NCBI RefSeq assembly: GCF_002435945.1 | Contig: NZ_DIXC01000057.1 | Location: 1,141 to 65,140 of the forward strand | Length of the DNA stretch: 64,000 nt | Direction: 5' to 3' | Source: Mesotoga sp. UBA6090 | GTDB lineage: Bacteria > Thermotogota > Thermotogae > Petrotogales > Kosmotogaceae | Part shown: positions 27,339 to 35,770 of the stretch, one piece after another | How the letters are laid out: each line of letters starts with the position of its first letter | How positions within the stretch are numbered: the first letter of the stretch is position 1 | Notes under the pieces: model-generated | Databases searched by the model: none | What the model saw: only the letters and a program-made list of their open reading frames with translations | Told to the model about the DNA's origin: nothing | Position numbers and translations under genes: made by a program

Positions 27339-28883
27339 TCAGACCTCCTGCGGTATGCTAACCGGGAGTCTTCCTTCGGCAGCTATCCTTCCCTTAATAA
27401 CCTTAAGGATACTCCTCTGCGAAACTCCTTCGTAACCATAACTTAGAACGCAGTTGTTCACACCTTTTATGAAAGCATCGTATGGATTTCTCAAAGCTAT
27501 TACCAGTGTTCTTCCCGTTCTCTGCGAAAGCCTTATGAGGAATTCTCTCTGTCCATCATTGAGATGAGCATTCTCTGTGAAGACTAATCTTATACCCTTT
27601 CCCGGGGCACTTAAAGCCAACTTATCTGCTTCTTCAACTGTCATTCCAGCTGCATAGTCGATCACCGGGCAATCGATCATCTGAGCAATCTCCCTTGCAA
27701 CTGCGGGGACACCTCTTTGAGGACCGTCCTCTACCTGAACTAATCTAGACAGTCTCACAGAGTAAATAGCGCTTACACTGCTGAGAGGCAGAGGTAGGAG
27801 AGACTCATCGTTGAGAATAGCTGTTATAGATTTGTCTGAGATCTCCTGCATCGCTCTCTGATTTTCAGAGGAAGAGATCTCATCAAGCGAGTTTCTCGCA
27901 GATGCTACCGCCTTCATCCTGAAACTCTCCACCCTCTTTAGCGACTCTTGCAGTCGGGCTTCTAGCTCGGAGAATCTTTCGATCTTCCTTGTCAAATACC
28001 TCTTAACTCTCCTCTGAATTTCCGGTTCGTGGCAGTATGTAAGGTAGTCCATCCCGTTCTTGAGGCCTTCGATGGCAGCCTCCTCGGGTGAGAAATAATT
28101 GCTCACACCCCCCATACCAAGATCATCTGCAACAAGAACCCCCTCATAGTTCAGTACGCCACGAGCGAGGTCTGTCAAGATCTCCTTCGACATGGAAGCC
28201 GGAACTCGATTGGCTTGAAGCTGAGGAAAGTATATATGAGAAGGCATAAATGAATCTGCCGTAATCTCCCTGAATGGCCTGAGCTCGCAAGAGTCGAGCG
28301 TGGAAAACGGTACATCAAGAGTGGGAAGATCTAGATGAGCATCTACATCTACCCTCCCCTTACCTGGAAAATGTTTTAGACAGCTCATTACTCCTTCGAT
28401 TTTCATTGACTCGACAAAGGCTTTCGCATATGCTATCACCTGATCAGGAGAATCGCCAAAGCTTCTAATGCCAATTCCCGGGTTTTTGGGATTGCAGTTT
28501 ATATCGACAACGGGAGCGAGATTCCAGTTCACACCTATGGCGTTCATCTCTCTAGCCATAATTCTCCCAGCAATTGATGAATTCTCAACATTTCCGGTAG
28601 CTGCTATCGCCATCGCACCCGGAGAAACGGTGAAGCCCTCCCTGAGTCTGCTTACGATTCCGCCTTCCTGATCTATAGCTATTGCAGGCTTGTATCCAAG
28701 AACTCTTTCAATTTCATCGACCAAGTCTCTTATCTGTGCTGAATCAACGATATTTTTCGAGAAGAGAATAATAGCCCCGGGCTTCACTTCTCGAAGTGTC
28801 CTTTCGGTCTCGCTATCAATCTCAGGACCCGGGATTCCAATCAGAAAGAGCCGTCCTACGGCTTCATCTAGATTCATCTTCAT
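27339..28883 (-). CDS. nagZ: GH3 beta-N-acetylglucosaminidase NagZ (long form)
   Basis: 514 aa with AIDQEGGIVSRL, KHFPGKGRVDVDAHLDLP and VADDLGMGG motifs. Confidence 0.85.
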   Translation of the reverse strand: MKMNLDEAVGRLFLIGIPGPEIDSETERTLREVKPGAIILFSKNIVDSAQIRDLVDEIERVLGYKPAIAIDQEGGIVSRLREGFTVSPGAMAIAATGNVENSSIAGRIMAREMNAIGVNWNLAPVVDINCNPKNPGIGIRSFGDSPDQVIAYAKAFVESMKIEGVMSCLKHFPGKGRVDVDAHLDLPTLDVPFSTLDSCELRPFREITADSFMPSHIYFPQLQANRVPASMSKEILTDLARGVLNYEGVLVADDLGMGGVSNYFSPEEAAIEGLKNGMDYLTYCHEPEIQRRVKRYLTRKIERFSELEARLQESLKRVESFRMKAVASARNSLDEISSSENQRAMQEISDKSITAILNDESLLPLPLSSVSAIYSVRLSRLVQVEDGPQRGVPAVAREIAQMIDCPVIDYAAGMTVEEADKLALSAPGKGIRLVFTENAHLNDGQREFLIRLSQRTGRTLVIALRNPYDAFIKGVNNCVLSYGYEGVSQRSILKVIKGRIAAEGRLPVSIPQEV

Positions 28884-28910
28884 CTGCTCCTTAATTATGG
28901 ATACACTACC

Positions 28911-28940
28911 ATTCTAAATTCTGGAGACTTGTATTGTCAA
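28911..28940 (-). promoter_or_regulatory. candidate promoter of the nagZ-murQ-gntR-kinase operon
   Basis: Minus strand reads TTGACA (28940-28935), an 18-nt spacer, then TAGAAT (28916-28911), about 28 nt upstream of ATG 28883. Confidence 0.5.
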
Positions 28941-29065
28941 TTATCTATTTGTATAGTATGAATATACATAACCTTCGATTCCGTTGCTCATCGATCTTAT
29001 TCAACTGTAGTTCCGTATAAGTGTGCCAGGAAAAACTTGTATACATAGCGAAAATGGGTTAGCAT

Positions 29066-29716
29066 TGCTGTTGGAAGAGCATAGGATCAGTTGCAAGTTC
29101 CAAGTTCTTAGTTGTAATAAGAACAAGAGACCGAGAAGAAGGCAAATCTGATCAGAACGAACTTATTTTGTCATCCTGAAGTGCTCTTGTTCAGGATCTG
29201 GGTTTTCGAGAAACAGTGGTTCGGGGTAGCGGGTTCGTGGTAGGAAGAGCAAAGGAACTGGTTCGCCGTTGAGCGGTTATCCGTTTGGCAAGGGAAACCT
29301 GTTATTCGTTCCAGAGCGAGGATCTGTTCTTCGTTCTTGGTCAAACCATTATTCAGAGAGTAGAGAGAAGGGAAAAGCAATGAGGGCAAGTAAGGATCTG
29401 GGATCTTGAAAAGCTCTTTACTCCCCTCTCGAGAGGGCTCCATCGTCGACGGGGTGTGTTGAATACATCAAGAACGGACCTCATGTTTAGAACGAGTTAT
29501 CTGACGTTTCTTTACTTTAGAGCTTGCAACTTGGAACTGACAACTTGCAACTACTCTTTCGAAGGACGGGTCCATGTTCTTGGACGAAGGACCAAGGACG
29601 GCTCTGCTTCCAGCATGACGGCGTTTGACGTTTTTTTCGGGCCTGCGGCTTGCAACTTGGAACTAAGAACCTGCAACTGCTTTTCCCGGACGGCGGACCG
29701 TTGACGGTTAACGTAA
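29066..29716 (+). repeat. modular intergenic repeat, locus A (MITE-like; L-array, M1, M2, R-array, M3, second R-array)
   Basis: Aligns by eye along most of its length with 37754-38428, and in reverse with 63262-63660. Heptad arrays lie at 29089-29116 (AGTTGCA type), and at 29525-29552 and 29651-29678 (TGCAACT type). Frameshifting indels between copies argue against coding. Confidence 0.85.
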
Positions 29717-29734
29717 AACATAAGGAGGTTCATT

Positions 29735-30754
29735 TTGATCTGGAATAAAGTTGATGAAATAGTCTCGTGCGGTATTGAAAAAGCAGTGTACCCGGGAGCC
29801 GTAGTTTTAGTAGGGAAGGATACCGAGGTCCTTTACAAGAAGGCCTACGGATTCATCGCGGTAGACGACAATATTCCCACGACACTTGAAACGGTGTACG
29901 ACATCGCGAGCTTAAGCAAGGTGGTTGCAACCACAAGCGCGATAATGCTTCTCGTCTCGCGTGGAGAGCTTTCTCTCTGGGATACACTTGGAGATTTCTT
30001 CGATGTACCCGAATCAAAGAAGGGAATTTCAATTTTCCATCTGCTAACCCATACCTCGGGGATGCAGCCCTATTCTGAAGCTTGGCGAGAAATCAAGGGA
30101 AGGGAGTTGCTGGATTCCATAATCTCACTAGAGCCAGAGTCTGGACCAATGGAAAAAATAAACTATTCATGTCTTAATTTCATAACTCTCATGGCCGTTG
30201 TCGAGAAAGTCACCTCCATCAAATTCGACGAGTTCTGTTCAAAGGAGGTTTTTGAACCGCTCGGGATGAATTCGACCTCATATCTGCCGAAGGACCTCGA
30301 TCACGTGGCACCGACAAGCGAACGGGAAGGAAAGGTTCTAAGGGGTTTGCCGGATGACGAACTAGCATATTATCTCGGTGGAGTAAGCGGAAATGCCGGC
30401 GTTTTTTCATCGGCGGAAGATCTTTTCAGGTTCGTCTCCAGTCTAATGTATGCGAGACTTGTACCTTCGAGGGTCTTTGAAACGTTCATCTCTGAAACAG
30501 TATCAATTGGAGAAAGCAAACGGCATCTAGGCTGGATGGCACCCGCAAGGGGCTCCAGTGCAGGTGACATGCTCGGAGAAGAGGCCTTTGGTCATACCGG
30601 ATTCACAGGGACTTCAATATGGGCAGATCCCGCCACGGGGCTATTCGTTGTTCTTCTCTCCAACCGAACGAACATCAGCCGGAGAGACACTATACCTCAA
30701 ATGCAAAGAATCAGAAGGCGCTTACACAACCTCATATTTGGGAGCCTCGGATGA
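29735..30754 (+). CDS. beta-lactamase-fold serine hydrolase, AmiE-like (candidate MurNAc-L-Ala amidase)
   Basis: 339 aa. TTG 29735 follows AAGGAGG. Motifs are SLSKV (SxxK), YSC.N and GHTGFTG. The genomic context matches the B. subtilis amiE-nagZ-namZ neighbourhood. Confidence 0.65.
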   Translation: MIWNKVDEIVSCGIEKAVYPGAVVLVGKDTEVLYKKAYGFIAVDDNIPTTLETVYDIASLSKVVATTSAIMLLVSRGELSLWDTLGDFFDVPESKKGISIFHLLTHTSGMQPYSEAWREIKGRELLDSIISLEPESGPMEKINYSCLNFITLMAVVEKVTSIKFDEFCSKEVFEPLGMNSTSYLPKDLDHVAPTSEREGKVLRGLPDDELAYYLGGVSGNAGVFSSAEDLFRFVSSLMYARLVPSRVFETFISETVSIGESKRHLGWMAPARGSSAGDMLGEEAFGHTGFTGTSIWADPATGLFVVLLSNRTNISRRDTIPQMQRIRRRLHNLIFGSLG

Positions 30755-31866
30755 TCTGGAATGAGATAAGAGATCTTCTCTCCAGCTATTCAAGAAACAT
30801 TCTCGGAGTCATGTCGGGAACGTCGGCCGATGGTTTGGAACTTGCCATTGTGAATTGCTCCGGGAGCGGTAAGTCCATGAAGGTGAAGCTTCTCGAGCAT
30901 TCTTCCGTTCAGTTCGAATCCCGGCTCCAGGATGAGATAGTAAGAACCTTCGACCCGTCGCTTTCGGGTGTAGACAGAGTAAATTGGATGAACTTCCTCA
31001 TCGGGAAAAAGCACGCAAACGCAATCAAGTCCTTTCTAGATAGGACAGAAGTCAAAGTTGAGGCAATCGCATACCACGGACAGACCGTTTACCACGACCC
31101 TGCGGTGCATGCCACTCTTCAGATTGGCGAAGCGGATATCGTGTCTTCTGAGACTTGCCTTCCGGTTGTCTTTGATTTCAGAAAGAAGGACATGGTTTTC
31201 GGTGGAGAGGGAGCACCTATCATCCCTTATTTCGATTGGATCTATTTTGAAAGCGGCATCTACGCAGTAAATCTAGGTGGAATAGCGAACGTAACTTATG
31301 TGGCTGAGAAACTTGAAGACGTGAAGGCCTTTGACACAGGTCCAGCCAACTGCCTGATAGATCTAGTAGTAAAAAGGAATTTCAACAAGGAGTTTGACAA
31401 AGGCGGCAAGATCGCGACCAGGGGCTCTGTGAACAGCGAGATACTCGACGCTCTAATAGGGAGAGACCGAAAATATTTTGAGAGGAAACCCCCGAAATCG
31501 ACGGGAAGAGAGGTCTACAACGAAGCCTTCCTGGAGGGGATCTCCGTCTCCTCTCCGGAAAACCTTGTTAGAACACTCGTTAGGTTCAGCGTATTCCAGT
31601 TAGTTCAAAGCATCAATTCATATTTACCTTTGGGGAAAAGAATCGTAGTTACGGGAGGAGGAGCCCTTAACCCCGTTATGATCGAGGACCTTAAACAACT
31701 GAGCGGCTTTGATGTAGAAGTGCCTGACAGAACCTTCTTACAGGCAAAGGAAGCGATGGGCATGGCAGTTCTAGCTCAGGAGTTCTTTAACGGGGTAGAA
31801 GCAAACGTTCCATCTGTAACGGGAGCGAGAAAGAGAGTTGTTCTAGGAAAACTGGCTTTACCTTGA
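30751..31866 (+). CDS. anmK: anhydro-N-acetylmuramic acid kinase AnmK
   Basis: I prefer ATG 30751, which overlaps the upstream stop as ATGA. The product has GVMSGTSADGLELAIV and ...GGGALNPVM motifs. Confidence 0.85.
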   Translation: MIWNEIRDLLSSYSRNILGVMSGTSADGLELAIVNCSGSGKSMKVKLLEHSSVQFESRLQDEIVRTFDPSLSGVDRVNWMNFLIGKKHANAIKSFLDRTEVKVEAIAYHGQTVYHDPAVHATLQIGEADIVSSETCLPVVFDFRKKDMVFGGEGAPIIPYFDWIYFESGIYAVNLGGIANVTYVAEKLEDVKAFDTGPANCLIDLVVKRNFNKEFDKGGKIATRGSVNSEILDALIGRDRKYFERKPPKSTGREVYNEAFLEGISVSSPENLVRTLVRFSVFQLVQSINSYLPLGKRIVVTGGGALNPVMIEDLKQLSGFDVEVPDRTFLQAKEAMGMAVLAQEFFNGVEANVPSVTGARKRVVLGKLALP

Positions 31867-31906
31867 TCTCCCTGACGGGAGAGAAAACAAAAAGGAGGTT
31901 TTTACA

Positions 31907-33652
31907 GTGAGGCGAATCTTTCTGTTAGTTCTCGCAGTTCTTTTCACCGCCATGTCAATGGCAGCTCCATTTGTGGAAGATACTCTGCTTACACCGGATC
32001 CAAATCCTAAGATGGGAGGTACTCTATATCTAGCGCTTACCGGATCTCCCCAATCATTCAACTTCTACGGAACCCTTGACAACAACGCATACACGGTGGT
32101 GGGTCAGATGTTAACGGGACTTGTAGAGGCTCATCCCGTTACATCAGCAATCAGACCGGCCCTGGCAGAGTCTTGGGACGTTTCGGAGAATAACAAAGAG
32201 GTCACTTTTCATCTGAGAGATGTGAAATGGTCAGATGGGGTGCCCCTTACAGCAGACGATGTAATCTTCACCTTCAAGTACTTCATCATGAACCCGGTCG
32301 CAAGGGGAAACTCGGTTGACCGCTTCACGATCGAAGCTCAGCCCATAAAGTGGGTGAAGGTAGACGACAGAACGGTCAAAGCGATTCTTCCCGCACCTTA
32401 CGCAGCTTTTTTCACCGTTCTCTCGCACGCTTATATCTACCCCTCACATGCGCTTGAGGACAAGATAGACAAAGACAGGCCAGACTCCGTTAATGATCTA
32501 TGGCTGACAAACACTCCTCCAAGCGAGATCCCGGCAAACGGTCCGTTCGTTCTTTCGGAATACATAATCGATCAGAAAGTAGTTATGACGAAGAACCCCA
32601 ATTACTGGAAGGTCGATTCTCACGGAAACAAACTGCCATATGTCGACAAGGTTGAATACGTTATCGTGAGTGACGCTCAGGTAAGACTGGCGAAGTTCAT
32701 GGCCGGCGAGCTTGATTACATGGCCGTCTCGGGAAATGACTTCCCAATACTGAAGGAGAGAGAACTTGCCGGTGGTCCATTCAGAGTTTTCCTTGCCGAG
32801 CCCACTCAGCCTACTCCAAGCCCGATTCATATTGCCTTCAATTTCGATGCCGAGGACCCGAAACTCAGAGAGGTTTTCAGAACCACCGAGTTCCGCCAGG
32901 CAATGGAGTATGCTCTGGACAGAGAGAGAATTATCGATGAGGTTTACAATGGACTGGCCGTTCTTGGAGGAGTGCCTGTGCTTCCTTCGAACAAGGCCTT
33001 CTACAATCCAAAGATCGAAGAGATTCGCAGACCTTTCAACCTTGCCGAAGCAGCAAGGCTCCTTGACGAATTAGGCTTCAAGGACGTCAACGGTGATGGT
33101 CTGAGAGAGTACCCGGACGGAAGCAAGTTCGAGTTCGTCCTGACTCTTCAGAGCGCTCCTCAAGAATATCAGGATATCGCCTACATATACTCCCAGGATC
33201 TACTTAGCATAGGAATTAAGGTAAACCTGCAGATACTTGATAGTTCTCTTACCGGCCAGATGTTCGGTGCAGGTAGTTTCGAAGTTGGAATCAGGGCATT
33301 CGGAAACCAACCCGATCCTCAGTTGAGAAAGGCCATATGGCAGCCGGGCACACAACTGTATTACTGGCACAGAACAACAAGGGATCCCGAGACAAATCTT
33401 CCAATATTCGAGAACATGCTTGACTGGGAGAAGAGAGTATATGAGCTCTTTGAGCTCGGTCAAGTCGCAATGGACCACGCAGTCAGAAAGACCTTCTACG
33501 ACGAATGGCAGGAGATTTACGCAGAGTACTTGCCCGTGATATTTGTGTGTAAAGGTATGAATCTTTATGCTGCCAACAAGTCTCTTGGAAATGTCGAACA
33601 GAACGAAGAGGGTCTTCTCTCTTACGCTTCCTGGACTGTATTTAAGAAATAG
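31907..33652 (+). CDS. ABC substrate-binding protein family 5 (Opp/Dpp type)
   Basis: 581 aa. GTG follows AAAGGAGG. It has a signal sequence and a typical family-5 SBP body. Confidence 0.85.
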   Translation: MRRIFLLVLAVLFTAMSMAAPFVEDTLLTPDPNPKMGGTLYLALTGSPQSFNFYGTLDNNAYTVVGQMLTGLVEAHPVTSAIRPALAESWDVSENNKEVTFHLRDVKWSDGVPLTADDVIFTFKYFIMNPVARGNSVDRFTIEAQPIKWVKVDDRTVKAILPAPYAAFFTVLSHAYIYPSHALEDKIDKDRPDSVNDLWLTNTPPSEIPANGPFVLSEYIIDQKVVMTKNPNYWKVDSHGNKLPYVDKVEYVIVSDAQVRLAKFMAGELDYMAVSGNDFPILKERELAGGPFRVFLAEPTQPTPSPIHIAFNFDAEDPKLREVFRTTEFRQAMEYALDRERIIDEVYNGLAVLGGVPVLPSNKAFYNPKIEEIRRPFNLAEAARLLDELGFKDVNGDGLREYPDGSKFEFVLTLQSAPQEYQDIAYIYSQDLLSIGIKVNLQILDSSLTGQMFGAGSFEVGIRAFGNQPDPQLRKAIWQPGTQLYYWHRTTRDPETNLPIFENMLDWEKRVYELFELGQVAMDHAVRKTFYDEWQEIYAEYLPVIFVCKGMNLYAANKSLGNVEQNEEGLLSYASWTVFKK

Positions 33653-33663
33653 GCGCTTAATTT

Positions 33664-33686
33664 GCGGGAGGAGATTCTCCTCCCGC
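33664..33686 (+). other. 10-bp stem-loop immediately after the binding-protein gene
   Basis: GCGGGAGGAG-ATT-CTCCTCCCGC followed by TTTA, 12 nt after the stop. Confidence 0.6.
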
Positions 33687-33708
33687 TTTACTTCTCTGGA
33701 GGAAGGTC

Positions 33709-34677
33709 ATGTGGTCTTTTATCGCAAGAAGATTGCTTATCATGATTCCAATGATGTTCTTCATATCTGTGATCTGCTTCGTGATTACCGAGCTTCAGCC
33801 GGGCGATTTCATAAGCCAGTACCTTGATAATCCGAGAATCTCACCGGCACAGATCGAACTGCTTAGAAAGAACCTCGGCCTAGACGAACCCGCACATGTC
33901 AGATACTGGAACTGGATAAAGGGAATCGTCACCCGCGGAGACTTTGGATACTCTTTCGCCTTCCAGAGACCTGTTGGAGAGTTGATATGGGAACGCATGG
34001 GTTGGACTGTATTTATTGCACTTGGGGCGATTGTATTCCAGTGGATTCTTGCAGTTCCTATGGGCATCTATTCGGCGCTACATCCATATTCATTTGGGGA
34101 TTACACCTTAACCGTTATTGGTTTCATAGGAGTCTCCATACCTGATTTTTTCATGGCTCTAATTTTGATGTATCTAATGCTGCAGATGGGGGCGACATCA
34201 ATAGGGGGCCTCTTTTCGCCCCAGTTTGTCGGGGCGCCCTTCAGTCTGGCAAAACTTGTAGACCTTCTGAAACACATTTGGGTCCCTCTCATAGTCGTTG
34301 GGATGAGCGGTTTGGCTGGGCTTATGAGGGTAATGCGCGGAAACATGCTCGATGTGGTCTCTTCTCCTTTCGTTACTTCCCTTAGAGCCCACGGTCTCGA
34401 TGAGAAAACCGTTAGAAAGCACGCAATCAAGAACGCCCTAAATCCTATGGTCAGCATAGCCGGAACGGAGCTACCGAACGTGTTCAGCGGAACTATCATC
34501 GCCGCTATCGTATTGAACCTTCCGACAATGGGACCCTTCTTCTACAATGCGCTTCTTAATCACGATCAATACTTAGTTATGACATTTTTGATGTTCATAG
34601 CCATCATAACCCAGATCGGGAATCTTCTTGCAGACATTGCTCTAGCCGTTCTCGATCCAAGGATAAGGATGAGCTGA
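33709..34677 (+). CDS. Opp/Dpp-type ABC permease (DppB-like)
   Basis: 322 aa, multi-TM, with a typical N-terminus RRLLIMIPMMFFISVICFVITELQPGD. Confidence 0.9.
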   Translation: MWSFIARRLLIMIPMMFFISVICFVITELQPGDFISQYLDNPRISPAQIELLRKNLGLDEPAHVRYWNWIKGIVTRGDFGYSFAFQRPVGELIWERMGWTVFIALGAIVFQWILAVPMGIYSALHPYSFGDYTLTVIGFIGVSIPDFFMALILMYLMLQMGATSIGGLFSPQFVGAPFSLAKLVDLLKHIWVPLIVVGMSGLAGLMRVMRGNMLDVVSSPFVTSLRAHGLDEKTVRKHAIKNALNPMVSIAGTELPNVFSGTIIAAIVLNLPTMGPFFYNALLNHDQYLVMTFLMFIAIITQIGNLLADIALAVLDPRIRMS

Positions 34678-34678
34678 C

Positions 34679-35770
34679 ATGCAGAGCACTAAAGAACGAA
34701 TCGCAAGAAACTTTTTTAAGCATAGATTGGGAGTCATTGGGCTTATTGCTCTTTCGATCATGTACTTACTGGTTATATTCGCCGATTTCATAGCTCCTTA
34801 CAACTACATAACGGCGCATAGAAACTTCGTGTACGCTCCTCCTTCGAAAATCCGTTTCTTCGACGAAGAGGGAAAATGGCGGGGCCCCTTCGTGTACGGA
34901 ATGACCAAGCTCAGAAATCCCGTTACCTATAGACTGGAATTCACTGAAGACAAGAGCAACGTAGTACCGATAAAGCTCTTCGTAAGGGGTGAAGAATACA
35001 CTTTCTGGGGGCTTTTTAAGACCGATCTTCATCTGTTTGGAGTCGAGGAGTCATCGGATGTGGCAATGATACTTCTCTTTGGAGGAGACAGGTTTGGAAG
35101 AGATCTCTTCTCTAGAGTCCTTGTAGGAGGCAAGGTGTCGATGACCGTGGGCCTTGTGGGCACCCTGATAAGCGTTTTTATTGGTGCTATCGTAGGGGCC
35201 CTTTCCGGTTACTATGGCGGAACTATCGACATCCTGATACAGCGTTTCATAGAGCTACTGAGATCTTTCCCGAGAATACCTCTATGGCTGGCTCTTGCTA
35301 CAATACTGCCCCCGCAGTGGCCGAGCACGTGGGTTTACTTCGGAATCGTAATCGTTCTGTCGCTAATAGGCTGGATGGGGGTTGCTCGTGTTGTGAGGGG
35401 GATGGTCTTGAGCCTTAGAGAGAAAGAGTTTATTCTGGCTGCCAAAGTATCCGGTGTATCGAACATGAAGATAATAACTCGTCACCTCATCCCAAACACG
35501 ATCAGCTATCTAATAGTCGTTTCGACTCTTTCAATACCGGGAATGATTTTGGGCGAGAGCGCAATCAGTTTTCTTGGCCTTGGCATAAAGGAACCTATGA
35601 CCAGCTGGGGATTGTTGTTGAAACAGGCGCAGTCCCTATCTGAACTAGAGGCTCATCCCTGGCTGATGATTCCTGGAATCTTCATAATCGTCGCGGTCCT
35701 CTCCTTCAACTTCGTCGGAGATGCCTTAAGAGATGCCGTTGATCCTTACAGGGCGGTGGAAAAAGTATGA
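34679..35770 (+). CDS. Opp/Dpp-type ABC permease (DppC-like)
   Basis: 363 aa, with an extended periplasmic loop and a GRDLFSRVL motif. Confidence 0.9.
   Translation: MQSTKERIARNFFKHRLGVIGLIALSIMYLLVIFADFIAPYNYITAHRNFVYAPPSKIRFFDEEGKWRGPFVYGMTKLRNPVTYRLEFTEDKSNVVPIKLFVRGEEYTFWGLFKTDLHLFGVEESSDVAMILLFGGDRFGRDLFSRVLVGGKVSMTVGLVGTLISVFIGAIVGALSGYYGGTIDILIQRFIELLRSFPRIPLWLALATILPPQWPSTWVYFGIVIVLSLIGWMGVARVVRGMVLSLREKEFILAAKVSGVSNMKIITRHLIPNTISYLIVVSTLSIPGMILGESAISFLGLGIKEPMTSWGLLLKQAQSLSELEAHPWLMIPGIFIIVAVLSFNFVGDALRDAVDPYRAVEKV

Noticed and set aside
29089-29116. I considered whether the heptad arrays and repeated modules could be a CRISPR array or a degenerate CRISPR leader.
   Set aside because: The repeat unit is only 7 bp with no spacers. 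The longer modules are not regularly spaced direct repeats with unique intervening sequences, and there are no cas genes in the window.
29171-29443. ORFs of 60-125 aa inside the repeat loci share peptide stretches such as SREG[SI]KELFKIPDPYL..SL.FPSLYS and TSRTDLMFRT.YLTFLY.RACNLE. The ORFs are 29171-29443, 29456-29704, 37875-38252, 38058-38426, 38333-38548, 56662-56844, 63092-63442 and 63330-63707. They look like a small protein family.
   Set aside because: The similarity follows nucleotide identity. Between copies the frames are broken by 1-nt indels, so the same DNA is read in different frames in A and B. The ORFs have no RBS, and they occur on both strands of the same segment. They are best explained as chance ORFs in non-coding repeats.
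29735-30765. The AmiE-like gene and anmK both start with the same peptide, MIWN, from near-identical DNA: TGATCTGGAATAAAG at 29736 and TGATCTGGAATGAGA at 30752.
   Set aside because: Only about 12 nt are shared and similarity stops immediately. This is most likely coincidence and too short to argue for duplication or a shared regulatory element.
30900-30925. A tRNA T-loop-like string GTTCAGTTCGAATCCCGG.
   Set aside because: It lies inside the well-supported anmK coding frame. The flanks cannot form acceptor, D or anticodon arms. It is a chance match.
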